Part shown: one piece after another, positions 22,601 through 34,359 of the stretch
How the letters are laid out: every line of letters starts with the position of its first letter
Position numbering within the stretch: position 1 is the stretch's first letter
Origin: a candidate division FCPU426 bacterium
GTDB taxonomy: Bacteria; Oederibacteriota; Muellerivitia; Muellerivitales; Muellerivitaceae
Length of the DNA: 64,000 nt
Assembly (NCBI GenBank): GCA_963796105.1
Contig: CAWCKJ010000006.1
Coordinates: 32,001-96,000 of the forward strand
Direction of reading: 5' to 3'
The notes under the pieces: generated by a model
The model's database searches: none
The model's input: the letters and a program-made list of their open reading frames with translations, nothing else
What the model was told of the DNA's origin: nothing
Program-made: the position numbers and the translations under genes

Positions 22601-25251
22601 CTCCAACCGGGACTCAATCGCCCACGAACACCCCGACTCCTACCCCCACAACGACGCCAACACCGACCCTAACCAGGACGCCGACACCTACTCCTACTCC
22701 AACCCCCACCAATACCCCAACCCTCACGCCGACGAACACACCGACTCCCACACCCACATCAACTCCAACGCCTACCCCAACCAGGACGCCTACTCCCACG
22801 CCTACGAATACTCCGACATCTACACCCACAACTACCCCAACACCCACTCCGACTAATACCCCTACCAGAACACCAACTCCCACCCCGACCCCCACGCCCA
22901 CTACGACTCCCACCCCCACTCCAACCATTACCCCAACACCCACGAATTCTCCAACCGGGACTCAATCGCCCACGAACACTCCAACCATAACTCCGACTCG
23001 GACCCCGACCCCTACTCCAACTCCTACACCTACCATTACCCTCACACCAACGCCTACCAATACCCCCACAAGAACGCCAACCCCTACCCCCACGAATACG
23101 CCCACATCCACTCCTACTACCACCCCGTCACCTACTCCGACTAATACACCCACCCCAACCCCGACACCCACCAATACTCCAACTCCTACCCCTACGAATA
23201 CTCCTACACCCACTCTCACCACTACCCCGACCCCTACTCCAACAAGAACCCATACGCCAACACCTACCAATACGCCTACTCCAACACCCACCACCACTCC
23301 GACTCCGACCCCCACCAACACGCCAACCATCACCCCGACTCCAACCAATACGCCCACAGGAACCCAGTCTCCAACGAATACTCCTACCATCACGTCGACT
23401 AAGACCCCGACTCCTACTCCTACCCCCACACCGACGGTGACGCCTACTCCCACTCCTACTAATACCCCGACTTCTACACCCACCAATACGCCGACGCCAA
23501 CGAATACACCTACAAGGACGCCGACGAATACCCCGACCCCTACGCCTACCTCCACGCCAACTAATATCCCGACACTAACGATGACTCCGACTCCTACCAT
23601 CACTCCCACACCTACTAATACTCCTACAGGAACTCAATCACCCACAAACACGCCAACTATCACCCCGACCAAGACCCCAACCCCCACACCCACTTCCACG
23701 CTTACACCCACGACTACCCCGACCCCTACACCCACTCCGACGCCAACTCCGACTCCTACTCCCACCCTCACACCTACGCCGACCCCGACACCCACACTGA
23801 CGCCAACCCCAACACCCACTAAAACACCAACCCCGACACCAACTCCAACTCCTACCATCACCCCCACTCCCACGAACACACCGACTGGAACGCAGTCCCC
23901 CACAAGCACACCCACAATCACTCCGACTCCTACGCCAACACCCACTCCGACCCCAACGCCGACGATCACTCCCCCACCCACGCCCACCAATACCCCGACC
24001 AGAACACCGACTCCGACTCCCACACAGACTCTAACGCCTACACCTACCCCAACACCCACCCCCACGAATACCCCTACACCGACTCCGACTAGAACTCCGA
24101 CACCCACACTCACGCCTACTCCCACTCCCACACCGACCCCAACCAACTCCCCGACCACAACGCCTACTCCCACACTTACTCCCACGCCGACAATCACCCC
24201 CACTCCCACGAACACACCGACTGGGACTCAGCCGCCCACAAGCACACCCACGGTCACCCCTACCCCAACATCCACACCAACCCTGACCCTCACGTCAACG
24301 CTGACGAATACTCATACAGTCACACCGCCATACACTGCGACCCTGACTTTAACAAATACCTCCACAGTTACGAATACACCGACCTTTACCCAAACGAGTA
24401 CTTACACGAACACGAGGACGAATACTCCAACGATGACTTTCACACCCACCAACACATGGACATCAACGGCGACCTGGACGGTTACTTCGACGCCAACCAT
24501 TACACCCACAAGCACGAGTACAATGGTTACAGTCCAGGCTAATCAAGTTTCATCGTCTCCGACAACCCAGATACCCGGAGCGACAGGAGTGACGGTTCTC
24601 CAAGTCCAATTCACTAATCCAAGCTCCAGTACGGTTACACTGACCAGCCTAACGCTGACAGTTTCGGGCACCGGAAACCCCGTGGATATGGGACCCGTAA
24701 CACTGTTGGAAAACGGGGTGCCGATCGCCACGGGAATATTGGGTTCTGGAGCGGCCACCTTCACCATTAACAATACATTGGGATCGAATGGAAACACCTA
24801 CACGGTTGTAACCAGCTTTTCGACCTCGGCATCAGGAACTTACATCGTCAGCGCGGTGGGGGCTGCTGGAACCAACGGTCAGGCAGTAGTGGTGAACGGT
24901 TTACCGGTCACAGGCGCAGTCGTCGATGTGGCTACGCCGACAGCAACGTATACTTCTACGCTTGTTCCTAAACCCACTTGCGTAGGACCTTATCCAAACC
25001 CCGTGGAAAATGGTCCTGTTTCATTCCACCTATGGGTACCGGGAACGACTGTGGCGAAATGGTCCGTGTTTAGCTTATCCCTGAGAAAAATTGTAGGTGG
25101 GGAACTAACTATCTCGAATAACGGTGTAATTGCATGGGATTTAAAGGATCAATACGGAAAACAAGTGGCAAATGGCCTGTATTACGTGAGGGTTGAAATG
25201 CTTGGAACCCAAAACTTGAACAAGATATTTAAAGTCTTAATCGAGAAATAA
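19654..25251 (+). CDS. GH5 (cellulase-family) glycoside hydrolase with giant Thr/Pro stalk and CTD-like C-terminus; true start possibly 19885
   Basis: IRLPL, ILDLHW, FDLYNEP (acid/base Glu), SAHFY, VFVGEFG (nucleophile Glu); C-terminal PYPNP...[17 protein letters not shown]. Confidence 0.85.
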   Translation: MNWNDKKTLLVKDIPSLLKDDLFYNPVNYWKSALFTFNKFLQKILLYLHYLVKTFFFLNLQIKSFFDIRQAHSVFVVMAWAAFLLIFSTTSIQATPSSLTVVGNNVEATGGCVVHLKGVDVDGLEFSPTGYGPISGGGFGNGGDTLQLAQEAVTAWKSTIIRLPLDQDFWFGCSNGNGSPTASAYQGIVSSIVNYCSGQNVYVILDLHWSGTSSTASAPCGSGWGGATAQHQMADQNAVTFWSSVAAAYANNPAVLFDLYNEPYDSGNDNPPPIVDTTGYNTWLSGGTLSGASFSTPGMQKLLNAVRSAGANNVCLLGGLYWCANLNGLPAASVTNRGNGIIFSAHFYSNNDGNSPVSWNAEIPSSLLASYPVFVGEFGPSNNTCNSNDSTFDTNAVSWINNTSGIVGATAWSFSTQSCPNLLTGWVTSSTWGSAVSTWLATPYAACSSPVPTPTITATPKPPSITFTKTTGGPTSGYSTGGPITLNFTLCNAAGSSAPAPATVTDVTTNYGWMSFDGPNYSSWTVTVGGNPITINPLNQGFPTTWTVSSIPGGACVTIPLYVQNNGFAASQSCQVMTDYGSLSWQGGGPVTSNTISTTMVCLTATPTYTFSYTPTHTFTYTPTFTYTALVNTSTFTRTATPTATNTLTNTRTNTPTATTTFTSTPTNSPTRTWTLTSTPTPTVSQTPTPTRSPTPTITNSFTPTTTPTNTLTLTPTRTSTSTNTITSTSTPTNTSTRTPTPSATPTLTRTLTPTPTTTLTSTLTVTPTPTPTRTPTPTPTNTPTPTSTNTPTPTPTTTPTSTPTRTPTPTTTNTPTPTTTSTPSPTNTPTPTPTRTPTPTPTTTPTPTPTNTPTPTPTVTPTPTPTRTPTPTPTNTPTPTPTNTPTTTPTSTPTRTPTPTPTNTPTPTSTTTPTPTPTNTPTPTSTRTPTPTPTNTPTSTPTTTPTPTPTNTPTRTPTPTPTPTPTTTPTPTPTITPTPTNSPTGTQSPTNTPTPTPTTTPTPTLTRTPTPTPTPTPTNTPTLTPTNTPTPTPTSTPTPTPTRTPTPTPTNTPTSTPTTTPTPTPTNTPTRTPTPTPTPTPTTTPTPTPTITPTPTNSPTGTQSPTNTPTITPTRTPTPTPTPTPTITLTPTPTNTPTRTPTPTPTNTPTSTPTTTPSPTPTNTPTPTPTPTNTPTPTPTNTPTPTLTTTPTPTPTRTHTPTPTNTPTPTPTTTPTPTPTNTPTITPTPTNTPTGTQSPTNTPTITSTKTPTPTPTPTPTVTPTPTPTNTPTSTPTNTPTPTNTPTRTPTNTPTPTPTSTPTNIPTLTMTPTPTITPTPTNTPTGTQSPTNTPTITPTKTPTPTPTSTLTPTTTPTPTPTPTPTPTPTPTLTPTPTPTPTLTPTPTPTKTPTPTPTPTPTITPTPTNTPTGTQSPTSTPTITPTPTPTPTPTPTPTITPPPTPTNTPTRTPTPTPTQTLTPTPTPTPTPTNTPTPTPTRTPTPTLTPTPTPTPTPTNSPTTTPTPTLTPTPTITPTPTNTPTGTQPPTSTPTVTPTPTSTPTLTLTSTLTNTHTVTPPYTATLTLTNTSTVTNTPTFTQTSTYTNTRTNTPTMTFTPTNTWTSTATWTVTSTPTITPTSTSTMVTVQANQVSSSPTTQIPGATGVTVLQVQFTNPSSSTVTLTSLTLTVSGTGNPVDMGPVTLLENGVPIATGILGSGAATFTINNTLGSNGNTYTVVTSFSTSASGTYIVSAVGAAGTNGQAVVVNGLPVTGAVVDVATPTATYTSTLVPKPTCVGPYPNPVENGPVSFHLWVPGTTVAKWSVFSLSLRKIVGGELTISNNGVIAWDLKDQYGKQVANGLYYVRVEMLGTQNLNKIFKVLIEK
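22438..22979 (+). repeat. About 194-bp direct duplication inside the TP stalk (22438-22631 and 22786-22979)
   Basis: Copies read identical by eye; antisense ORFs 22429..22617 and 22759..22965 begin with the same long peptide. Confidence 0.8.
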
Positions 25252-25389
25252 AAGTTACTTTACTTATCTAAAAATTCGGCTTAATTAATACTCTCGTGTT
25301 TCTCCATAAGATTTTCAATTCAAAGGGATTATTTTTTTGCATTCGGGAATCAATCTTGGGGGAACAATTAAAAGAGAATTTGTAGTGGA

Positions 25390-26523
25390 TCAACTATTTC
25401 CTTGGATGAAAATCCTGTCAACAATTTCTGATATGCGTTGTGAAACCTGAGCTTTGCGCGGATCATTGGTGATGAAGGGGGTCTCGAAAAGAGAAAAGAA
25501 TTTAGTGATACCCTCTTCTGAGAGCCATTTCAAATCCGTATCAACCGTTCCGGCAATCACTACACAGGGAATTCCCAATTTTTTCGCAATGCGGGCGACT
25601 GCAACCGGCGCTTTTCCCTCACGGCTGGTTGAATCGAGACGGCCCTCGCCGGTAATAACCAAGTCACAATCCCTCATTTGGTCCTCAAGTTTCAAAGTTT
25701 GGGCGACAAAATCGAACCCCTTTTCCAAGGTTCCTCCTAACGCCAAGATAGCCATTCCCAAACCGCCGGCAGCACCGGACCGGGGATTGTTTTTCAACAA
25801 GTGTCCAGAAGCTTTTGATAATACAGTTTCCAAGTGAAAAAGCCCTTTTTCCAATTCCTCGACCATCGCGGGTGTGGCGCCCTTCTGGGGGCCGAAAAAC
25901 CGGGCGGCTCCATGGTCACCCAACAGGGGAACCTGGACATCGACTAGTCCGGTTAAGGTAACTTTGCTTAAAAGTTGAAGCACAGGAGTTAAATCAATGG
26001 AAAGTATGGATGAAAGATTTTTCCCCGATAAACCCCCCGTGATGGAATGTTTTCCCTTGGGAATTGCCCCGAGGGCTTGAAGAAATCCAAGGCCTCCATC
26101 GACCGTGGCGCTTCCCCCCATGAATATTTGAACATGATTTGCGCCATGAATCACGGCGTTGCGAACCAATTCACCCACACCATAACTGGTAGTTTCTAAA
26201 GGATTTCTTTCATCGGGTGTCAAGTGATACAAACCGGAAGCTAGGGACATTTCCACAATAGCGGTGCCTTTTTTGGGTAGATCGGCCATTCCGTATTGGG
26301 CCTGTTTTGGCCGCATCAGAGGATCGTGGACGGTGTCCGTGAATAACTTGCCCTTCAAAAGATAAATGATGGAATTGAGGGTTCCCTCACCGCCGTCCGC
26401 GATTGGACAAAGACGGATTTGGGCTTGGGGCTGGTTTTTTTGAATCAAATTTCGAAGGATTTCTGAAAGTTCCTGGGCTGTTAATACTTCCTTGAATTTA
26501 TCCGGAGCCAGGAGGATTTTCAT
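25390..26523 (-). CDS. glxK: Glycerate kinase (GlxK/GarK family)
   Basis: APDKFK, IADGGEGT, GGSATVDGG, FGPQKGA, GAAGGLG, ITGEGRLD. Confidence 0.92.
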   Translation of the reverse strand: MKILLAPDKFKEVLTAQELSEILRNLIQKNQPQAQIRLCPIADGGEGTLNSIIYLLKGKLFTDTVHDPLMRPKQAQYGMADLPKKGTAIVEMSLASGLYHLTPDERNPLETTSYGVGELVRNAVIHGANHVQIFMGGSATVDGGLGFLQALGAIPKGKHSITGGLSGKNLSSILSIDLTPVLQLLSKVTLTGLVDVQVPLLGDHGAARFFGPQKGATPAMVEELEKGLFHLETVLSKASGHLLKNNPRSGAAGGLGMAILALGGTLEKGFDFVAQTLKLEDQMRDCDLVITGEGRLDSTSREGKAPVAVARIAKKLGIPCVVIAGTVDTDLKWLSEEGITKFFSLFETPFITNDPRKAQVSQRISEIVDRIFIQGNS

Positions 26524-27003
26524 GTGTCTTGTAAATCCTTTCGTTGTGAAATATTGTGACCGTAACCAACAGTAATTGAAGGGAGACGATATTATAACTT
26601 AAATTGAAAAAACAATACCTAAAGTGCCTCAAATCATTTTATCCGCTCCGTAAGCCTAATGGAATTAGGCAGGATGATTAAGCCTGGTACAAGTCCATGT
26701 TTCAAGAAAAACAGATGTCTAAAGTGTTATCTAGTGAATATTTAAAACTTCCTGAGATGTTGAATGGCGTATGATAGGCGGAAATTCGGTTTAGACAGTT
26801 GCGGCTTCTAAAGAGTAATTTCAAATTAAAAGGCCGAAATGGTAGGGTTTTAGTGATAATTTAAGGGATTCCCCCGGGTTTCTCAGCGCGTATAGTAGAA
26901 AACCAACGGGGCAAATCAAACGTCTAAATATTTGATAGATGCGCCAGTTGGTTTTTTAAAAATCCATGATTTTGTAATGAAGGATCTAACTAAAGGAATA
27001 AAC

Positions 27004-28152
27004 ATGAAGAAAATATTGGTTGTTTTGGCGTTTCTTTTAATGACGGTTAATCTTCCATTGTTTGGACAAGATTATAAGCACTCGGACGATGAAAAAAACG
27101 GTGGACATGGAGGAGTTAGGTCGGGCGGGGGAAAGAGCCATTTTCAGAAAGTACCCAAAAAAATCCACCCCGCGATTTCCCGCTCAAATTCACAAAACCG
27201 AAGAAACATGGGGGGGAATAACCAGACCGCTCCGGCCGTGGGGGGACATCATTTTAACAACTCCCGGGGGAATCAGACCTCAAGCGGTTCTTACAAGGGC
27301 GCCAAAGCTTCGCATCATTTCAACAATGTTTCTCGGGCGGTGCCTTCGGTAGGACGAATCAATCCTTCTTTGCAGCGTTTAGGCGTTAAAAATCTTCCTC
27401 CTGCATTCAAGGACCATCATCAAATTCTTCAAGCGGATCGGGCTCATTCCTCCATTCGTTATCCTGCGTCTGGCCCTCAGGGTAGGCCCCTGCATGCGGC
27501 TGTATTTGAACCGAGTGCCATGAATAACACTGTGGTAAGAAGCCATATGGGTTTGGTCAACACAAACATTGCCTTCAGGGCCCAGATTACTCATTTCAAC
27601 AACGTAGAAATCTTGCGAAATAATTACTATTGGCATTCCTACGGCGGTTTTAATTACTGCCATTACTATGATCCCTGGGGTTATCACTGGTATGGCTGGT
27701 ATTTGGGCAGTTCCTATTTCTGGACCCGGTATTGGAACAATTATTATTGGTGGTACGACCCAGTTTCCTTTAGATGGTGCTATTGGTGGGATGGAAATTG
27801 GTGGTGGAATAATCCGGCTCATGTGGAAGCGGCTTACGTTTACAATAATGGAAATTATATTCCCTCGGATTCCGCAAACACTGAAGCGCCCAGCGGAACC
27901 GCCGCAATAGAATATCGAAGCCAAGATGGATCCCGAATGGTGAAAATCGTCGGAACTGACGCCTTCCTTTATGACACGGCGGATACAGGCGTGGATAATA
28001 AACCGGTATTTTTGGGCTCGAACGTCACTAATGTGAAATTTTCTAAAACCAGTGACGGCAAACCTTTGCAGGTGATGCTGGAATACAATGATGGAACCTT
28101 CGGGTTGTTTGATGCCGACGGTAATCCAGCCGTTGGAAATTCAGGTAACTGA
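27004..28152 (+). CDS. Secreted hypothetical protein with low-complexity N-region and Trp/Tyr-rich segment
   Basis: AAGGA RBS before ATG 27004; signal peptide MKKILVVLAFLLMTVNLPLFG. Confidence 0.7.
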   Translation: MKKILVVLAFLLMTVNLPLFGQDYKHSDDEKNGGHGGVRSGGGKSHFQKVPKKIHPAISRSNSQNRRNMGGNNQTAPAVGGHHFNNSRGNQTSSGSYKGAKASHHFNNVSRAVPSVGRINPSLQRLGVKNLPPAFKDHHQILQADRAHSSIRYPASGPQGRPLHAAVFEPSAMNNTVVRSHMGLVNTNIAFRAQITHFNNVEILRNNYYWHSYGGFNYCHYYDPWGYHWYGWYLGSSYFWTRYWNNYYWWYDPVSFRWCYWWDGNWWWNNPAHVEAAYVYNNGNYIPSDSANTEAPSGTAAIEYRSQDGSRMVKIVGTDAFLYDTADTGVDNKPVFLGSNVTNVKFSKTSDGKPLQVMLEYNDGTFGLFDADGNPAVGNSGN

Positions 28153-28260
28153 TTTGAAATGGCTGGCGGATAAGACTAATTGAAGGTGGCTCCGAAAATG
28201 AAACCTAGTTACTTTTTATTCCCTGATTTGAAAATTTGAGGTAAATAATTTTCGGAACCG

Positions 28261-28289
28261 TTGACAAATTTGAAACCCAAAGGTAGACT
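28261..28289 (+). promoter_or_regulatory. Sigma70-type promoter of the sulfur operon leader
   Basis: TTGACA-17 bp-TAGACT. Confidence 0.75.
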
Positions 28290-28300
28290 TCAATTAAGTC

Positions 28301-28449
28301 GAACGCGAGGCGTTAAGGTCCAACTTGCCCCGGCGTTTCCCAACCTTGAGAAACTCCTCAAGATAATGGGATTAACAGGGAGCTAAAGCGGTGAAAGTTT
28401 ACGAGAAATTCCTAAACCCGAGCCGCTTTAAAAGCGACCCGGGTTTTTT
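28301..28449 (+). promoter_or_regulatory. Candidate cis-regulatory RNA/attenuator, copy 1
   Basis: GAACGC..CCAACTTGC..AACAGGGAGCTAAAGCGGTGAAAG followed by terminator hairpin 28414-28449. Confidence 0.6.
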
Positions 28450-28593
28450 GTTATCCGGGATTAATTGAAGCATTACGGCGAGGCTTTAACGGGTGGTTGA
28501 AAAGCTTGATTTTCTGGTTTTTAAGGGAAAATAAAGTATTTTTCCCCAACCCCTGGCAATACAGGATGATTCCACGTAGGAATGAACGTGTTG

Positions 28594-28740
28594 GAACGCC
28601 CTTGATTGAACCAACTTGCTCCGGCCGTTTCCATTCCGCGGTTTACCGCTTAGGGTGGAAAAACAGGGTGCTAAAGCGGTGAAAGATTAATGAGTTCCTC
28701 ATAATCCCGAACCGCTGAAAAGTGGTTTGGGATTTTTTTT
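28594..28740 (+). promoter_or_regulatory. Candidate cis-regulatory RNA/attenuator, copy 2
   Basis: Same ordered motifs with an identical 16-mer GCTAAAGCGGTGAAAG; terminator hairpin 28703-28740. Confidence 0.6.
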
Positions 28741-28760
28741 ACCGATAAGGGGAGGAGCCT

Positions 28761-28949
28761 ATGGCTCAAGACGCCAACAAAAAGCAGCTGAATGAAAACA
28801 TCCTTCGGGATATCGGCAGCGCGGTAGGGTCTTTGGAGTATGGCACAGTCACCATCAAGGTCCATGAGTCGAAAATTATCCAAATTGAGGTAACAGAGCG
28901 AAAACGCTTCGACGATGTTTGGAAATTGGAAGGGGGAGCGGGAATTTAG
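28761..28949 (+). CDS. YezD/DUF2292 family small protein
   Basis: LEYGTVTIKVHESKIIQIEVTERKRF; GGAGGAG RBS; position ahead of sulfur genes. Confidence 0.8.
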   Translation: MAQDANKKQLNENILRDIGSAVGSLEYGTVTIKVHESKIIQIEVTERKRFDDVWKLEGGAGI

Positions 28950-29081
28950 CTGTAGAGTTGGTTAATCCGGGACCGGACAAGCCGGACCCATCATTTACCC
29001 ATGCCGGATTGATTTACCAGTCCACTGGAAAATCAGGCAAAACCCCGTTGGAAATACATGGGGTAAACACGAAACATTTGA

Positions 29082-30386
<1,305 letters not shown>

Positions 30387-30394
30387 GGTGAAAT

Positions 30395-31330
30395 ATGGCC
30401 AAAATTTATGATGATATAACCAAAACCATCGGCCGCACCCCCTTGGTGCGGCTGAACCGAATCACGGAAGGAGCCGGGGCGACCGTTCTGGCCAAGCTGG
30501 AATCCTTCAATCCATTGTCCAGCGTGAAGGACCGCATCGGTTTGGCGATGATTGAGGACGCCGAGAAAAGGGGTGTCCTCAAGAAAGACTCCGTCATCAT
30601 CGAGCCCACCAGCGGAAACACCGGGATTGGCCTGGCATTCGTGGCGGCCGCCAAGGGCTACAAGCTCATCCTCACCATGCCGGAAACCATGAGCCTGGAG
30701 AGACGCCAGCTCTTGAAAATCTTGGGAGCCGAGCTGGTCCTGACCGAGGGGCCGAAGGGAATGAAGGGGGCCATCGCAAAAGCCGAGGAACTGGCTAAGG
30801 CAACTCCCAACAGCTTTGTTCCCCAGCAGTTCAACAATCCCGCGAATCCCGAAATCCACCGCAAGACCACGGCTGAGGAGATCTGGGCGGACACCGACGG
30901 CAAGGTGGACATCCTTGTTTCCGGGGTGGGCACTGGGGGAACCATCACGGGTGTAGCGGAAGTCATCAAGAAACGCAAGCCATCCTTCAAGGCCATCGCC
31001 GTGGAACCGGACGCCTCGCCGGTATTGTCGGGAGGGACAGCGGCCCCGCATAAAATCCAGGGCCTGGGTGCTGGTTTCGTGCCCGCGATCCTGAACCGGG
31101 AAATCATCGACGAGATCATCCGTGTGACGCATGAGGATTCAGGTGAGATCGCGCGCCAGCTTGCCAGGAAAGAAGGAATTTTGGCTGGCATTTCCTGTGG
31201 CGCGGCTGTTTGGGCGGCCATCCAGGTGGCCAAGAGGTTGGAGAACAAGGGAAAGACCATCGTTGTCATCGTGCCGGACACGGGCGAGCGATATCTTTCC
31301 ACCTGGCTTTTTGAGGAGGCCAAAGGATGA
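30395..31330 (+). CDS. cysK: Cysteine synthase A
   Basis: [42 protein letters not shown]. Confidence 0.95.
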   Translation: MAKIYDDITKTIGRTPLVRLNRITEGAGATVLAKLESFNPLSSVKDRIGLAMIEDAEKRGVLKKDSVIIEPTSGNTGIGLAFVAAAKGYKLILTMPETMSLERRQLLKILGAELVLTEGPKGMKGAIAKAEELAKATPNSFVPQQFNNPANPEIHRKTTAEEIWADTDGKVDILVSGVGTGGTITGVAEVIKKRKPSFKAIAVEPDASPVLSGGTAAPHKIQGLGAGFVPAILNREIIDEIIRVTHEDSGEIARQLARKEGILAGISCGAAVWAAIQVAKRLENKGKTIVVIVPDTGERYLSTWLFEEAKG

Positions 31331-32487
31331 ATGAGGCTGCGGACAAGCCCAGCAGACCTGGAATAGGGTTCGTCGAATCCAAGTCTTTCGAGCTTGAGGG
31401 TCTAACCCTTGAAAGCGGGGAGAGGCTGGGGCCTATCACGCTGGTTTACGAAACTTACGGGGCCTTGAACCCCGAAAAGACCAACGCCATATTGGTCCCG
31501 CACGCTTTTAGCGGCGACGCCCACGCCGCGGGCTGGCATCAGGGGGACGATGAACCAGGCTGGTGGGACGCAATGATCGGTCCCGGGAAGGCATTCGATA
31601 CCGACCATTATTTTGTGGTGTGTTCAAACGTTATCGGGGGCTGCAAAGGTTCCACCGGCCCCTCCAGCCTTAACCCCAAGACCGGCAAAACCTACGGTTT
31701 GGATTTTCCTCTTGTCAGCATCGGGGACATGGTGGACTGTCAAAAAAGGCTTCTGAAGCACTTAGGCATCCAGAAACTGCTTTCGCTTTCAGGCGGGTCC
31801 ATGGGCGGGATGCAGGTCCTTTCCTGGATGGCAAAATATCCTGAGGCTTTACAGAGCGCCATTCCCATCGCCACGGCGATCAAGCATTCTCCCCAGCAGA
31901 TTGCTTTCGACGAGGTGGGCCGCCAGGCCATCATGGCGGATCCTGATTGGAATAACGGGAATTATTATGGCGGTCCTCCGCCCGCCAAGGGGCTTTCGGT
32001 GGCCCGCATGGTGGGACATATCACCTATATGAGCGATTCATCCATGGCGGAAAAATTCGGGCGGCAAAAAAAAGCCCGTTTGGGTGCGGAAAAATTCACC
32101 GCGGATTTCGAGGTGGAAGGATATCTCCGCTACCGCGGGGATACTTTCGTCAAGAGGTTTGACGCCAATTCCTACCTTTATATCACCAAAGCCATGGACA
32201 ATTTCGACGCTTCGGCGGAAAGGCCCTTACAGCAGGCTTTGCGGGGAAAGAACTTGAAGGTCCTGGTAATCGGGTTTAAATCCGACTGGCTTTATCCCCT
32301 TTACCAGTCCCAGGAGATCGTCAAGGCTTGCAAACTTGCCGGGGTCCAGGCCAGCTATTGCGAAATCGATTCCAATTATGGACACGACGCTTTCCTCCTG
32401 GAAGTGGCGGAGGAATCCCATTTGATCAAGCATTTTTTGAAAAAAGTCTTTCACGGATATCAGGTGACCGATGAACTCGAAAATTAA
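31327..32487 (+). CDS. metX: Homoserine O-acetyltransferase
   Basis: [41 protein letters not shown]. Confidence 0.93.
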   Translation: MNEAADKPSRPGIGFVESKSFELEGLTLESGERLGPITLVYETYGALNPEKTNAILVPHAFSGDAHAAGWHQGDDEPGWWDAMIGPGKAFDTDHYFVVCSNVIGGCKGSTGPSSLNPKTGKTYGLDFPLVSIGDMVDCQKRLLKHLGIQKLLSLSGGSMGGMQVLSWMAKYPEALQSAIPIATAIKHSPQQIAFDEVGRQAIMADPDWNNGNYYGGPPPAKGLSVARMVGHITYMSDSSMAEKFGRQKKARLGAEKFTADFEVEGYLRYRGDTFVKRFDANSYLYITKAMDNFDASAERPLQQALRGKNLKVLVIGFKSDWLYPLYQSQEIVKACKLAGVQASYCEIDSNYGHDAFLLEVAEESHLIKHFLKKVFHGYQVTDELEN

Positions 32488-33085
32488 CGGGATAAGGCAG
32501 GATCACCAGGTGATCCTTGATTGGATCGAGCCTGGCTGCTCTGTCCTGGACCTTGGATGCGGAGATGGCGAGCTGCTTTACCACCTGGTAAAGGGAAAAA
32601 ACGTGAAGGGCCAGGGGGTGGAGATCGACGAACAGGCCATCTACAAGTGCGTGGCTAAAGGTTTGAATGTTTTCCACGATGATATCGAGGGCGGACTGAC
32701 CGACTACCAGACTGGCGCGTTTGATTACGCTATCCTGGATCAAACTTTCCAGCAAATCCTTCACGTGGATAGGGCTTTGGACAGCGCCCTTCGAGTGGGA
32801 AAGAAAGTCATCGTCGGATTCCCCAATTTCTCGTATTATAAATCCCGGTTTCAAATTTTCTTCCTGGGCAGGACACCTATCACGAAAGCCCTTCCTTACA
32901 TGTGGTATGAGACACCCAATCTTCATTCTGTTTCCATTAAGGATTTCTACGATTATTGCGAAAAAAAAGAAATTCGGATCGAGAAAAGGGCTTTTTTGAA
33001 CGGCTCCAAACGAATTCATCTTTTGCCGAATTTCTTCGCCCAACTTGGCCTGTTTCTCATTTCTAAGCAGTCAACTATTTCTTGA
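32471..33085 (+). CDS. metW: Methionine biosynthesis protein MetW
   Basis: VLDLGCGDG, GFPNF, LPYMWYETPNLH; directly after metX. Confidence 0.9.
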   Translation: MNSKINGIRQDHQVILDWIEPGCSVLDLGCGDGELLYHLVKGKNVKGQGVEIDEQAIYKCVAKGLNVFHDDIEGGLTDYQTGAFDYAILDQTFQQILHVDRALDSALRVGKKVIVGFPNFSYYKSRFQIFFLGRTPITKALPYMWYETPNLHSVSIKDFYDYCEKKEIRIEKRAFLNGSKRIHLLPNFFAQLGLFLISKQSTIS

Positions 33086-33269
33086 AAATCCGTTCATTTC
33101 CTTCGGTATCGCCTGTAGTTCCCGGCTTCATATAAAAGAATAGAGTTCAATTACAACTTCATGGAAATGGGTTTAAAGCGAGTTTTGAAAAAGTTATGAC
33201 CTGCTTGATTGCCAGGTCTTTATTCATCCGTTAAACTATGCGGAAAGTTATTGAAAAAAAGGAAATTCC

Positions 33270-34034
33270 TTGCCGGATAACCGAACCCATCTTGTCATCG
33301 GTACTCCTTGTTTCGGAGGCCTGGTTAGCAGCCTCTATACAACATCCCTCATGCGCCTTCAATTGGCTTGCGCCCAACGGGGAAATATCGATTTAAGCGT
33401 TAATCTCCTTTCGGGCGACGCCCTGATCCCCCGGGCTCGGCAAAATATCGTGGCGCATTTCCTCGAAAATAAGATAACCACCCATCTTTTGTTCGTGGAT
33501 TCGGACCTCTCCTTCGATCCGGACCAGGTTTTCCGATTGCTGGATTTCGGGACGGATGTGGCCGCGGGAGTTTATCCCACCAAGCGCATTGATTGGACAA
33601 AAGTCAGCGCCTTCGCCAAGGAAGGGAAAGTTCCCCTGGAATCCGCGTCCCTTTCTTACGTGCTGAATTTCGAGGACCCCCAGCGCGTGGAAACCAGGGG
33701 CGGGTTCGCCAAAGCCCGCTATTGCGGGTCCGGATTTCTGATGATTCGGAGGGGGGTACTTTTACGGATGGTTGAGCACTACAAGGAATTAGCCTATAGC
33801 AGGGAACACCAAGCGGATGATCCCCTGCGGGACAGCAAATACAGATGCGCTCTTTTTAATTGCATCATAGACAAAAATACCGGGACTTATTTAAGCGAGG
33901 ATTATAGTTTCTGCCGCCGGTGGACGGACATGGGAGGGCAAATATGGATCGATCTTGAAAGCCGTTTAACCCACATCGGATCCATCGCATTCCATGGGAT
34001 GGTGAGCACACAATTCAATATGCCGGAATCCTGA
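33270..34034 (+). CDS. GT-A fold glycosyltransferase-like hypothetical protein
   Basis: TPCFGG, LIPRARQ, LFVDSD (DxD), GSGFLMIRR, YLSEDYSFCRRW. Confidence 0.65.
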   Translation: MPDNRTHLVIGTPCFGGLVSSLYTTSLMRLQLACAQRGNIDLSVNLLSGDALIPRARQNIVAHFLENKITTHLLFVDSDLSFDPDQVFRLLDFGTDVAAGVYPTKRIDWTKVSAFAKEGKVPLESASLSYVLNFEDPQRVETRGGFAKARYCGSGFLMIRRGVLLRMVEHYKELAYSREHQADDPLRDSKYRCALFNCIIDKNTGTYLSEDYSFCRRWTDMGGQIWIDLESRLTHIGSIAFHGMVSTQFNMPES

Positions 34035-34359
34035 ATAGAAATGGCCAACGCATTTTAGGTTTATTAATATTCGATCCTGCTCAAATTGTATAGTTTGACA
34101 ATAAAGTTTTTACCAAATCTTCGCGGCAAATTTCTTAATTTTAAAATCTTTAGCTTTAAATTGAATTTTGTATTAGAAGAGGATTGGCTGAATTAGGAAT
34201 TTATGCTTTTTATAAAGCATTCTTGGTTATTTTCTTTATATGGGAGGTAAAAACGAAGAATAATTGAGCCTCCGATATGATGGCCGTCATCCCAATCGTT
34301 GAATCTTTTATCAATAATGCGCCGTTGCCGTAAAACCTTTAGCAGGGAAAGGAATAGCT

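Noticed and set aside
14889..24215. Long antisense Val/Gly-rich ORFs
   Set aside because: Mirror of the Thr/Pro codons on the + strand
26898..26957. c-di-GMP-I riboswitch upstream of the Trp/Tyr-rich gene
   Set aside because: A GGCAAA-like start and a stem are present, but the GNRA loop and second stem are not
28497..28682. Cys-containing leader peptide
   Set aside because: The equivalent frame in copy 1 has an internal TGA and no start codon, so conservation appears to be at the RNA level
28301..28740. SAM-I, T-box or cobalamin riboswitch call
   Set aside because: Only partial resemblances (GGTGCTAA and TTAGGGTGGAA in copy 2 only; AGGGA..CGGTGAAA); the defining cores are absent
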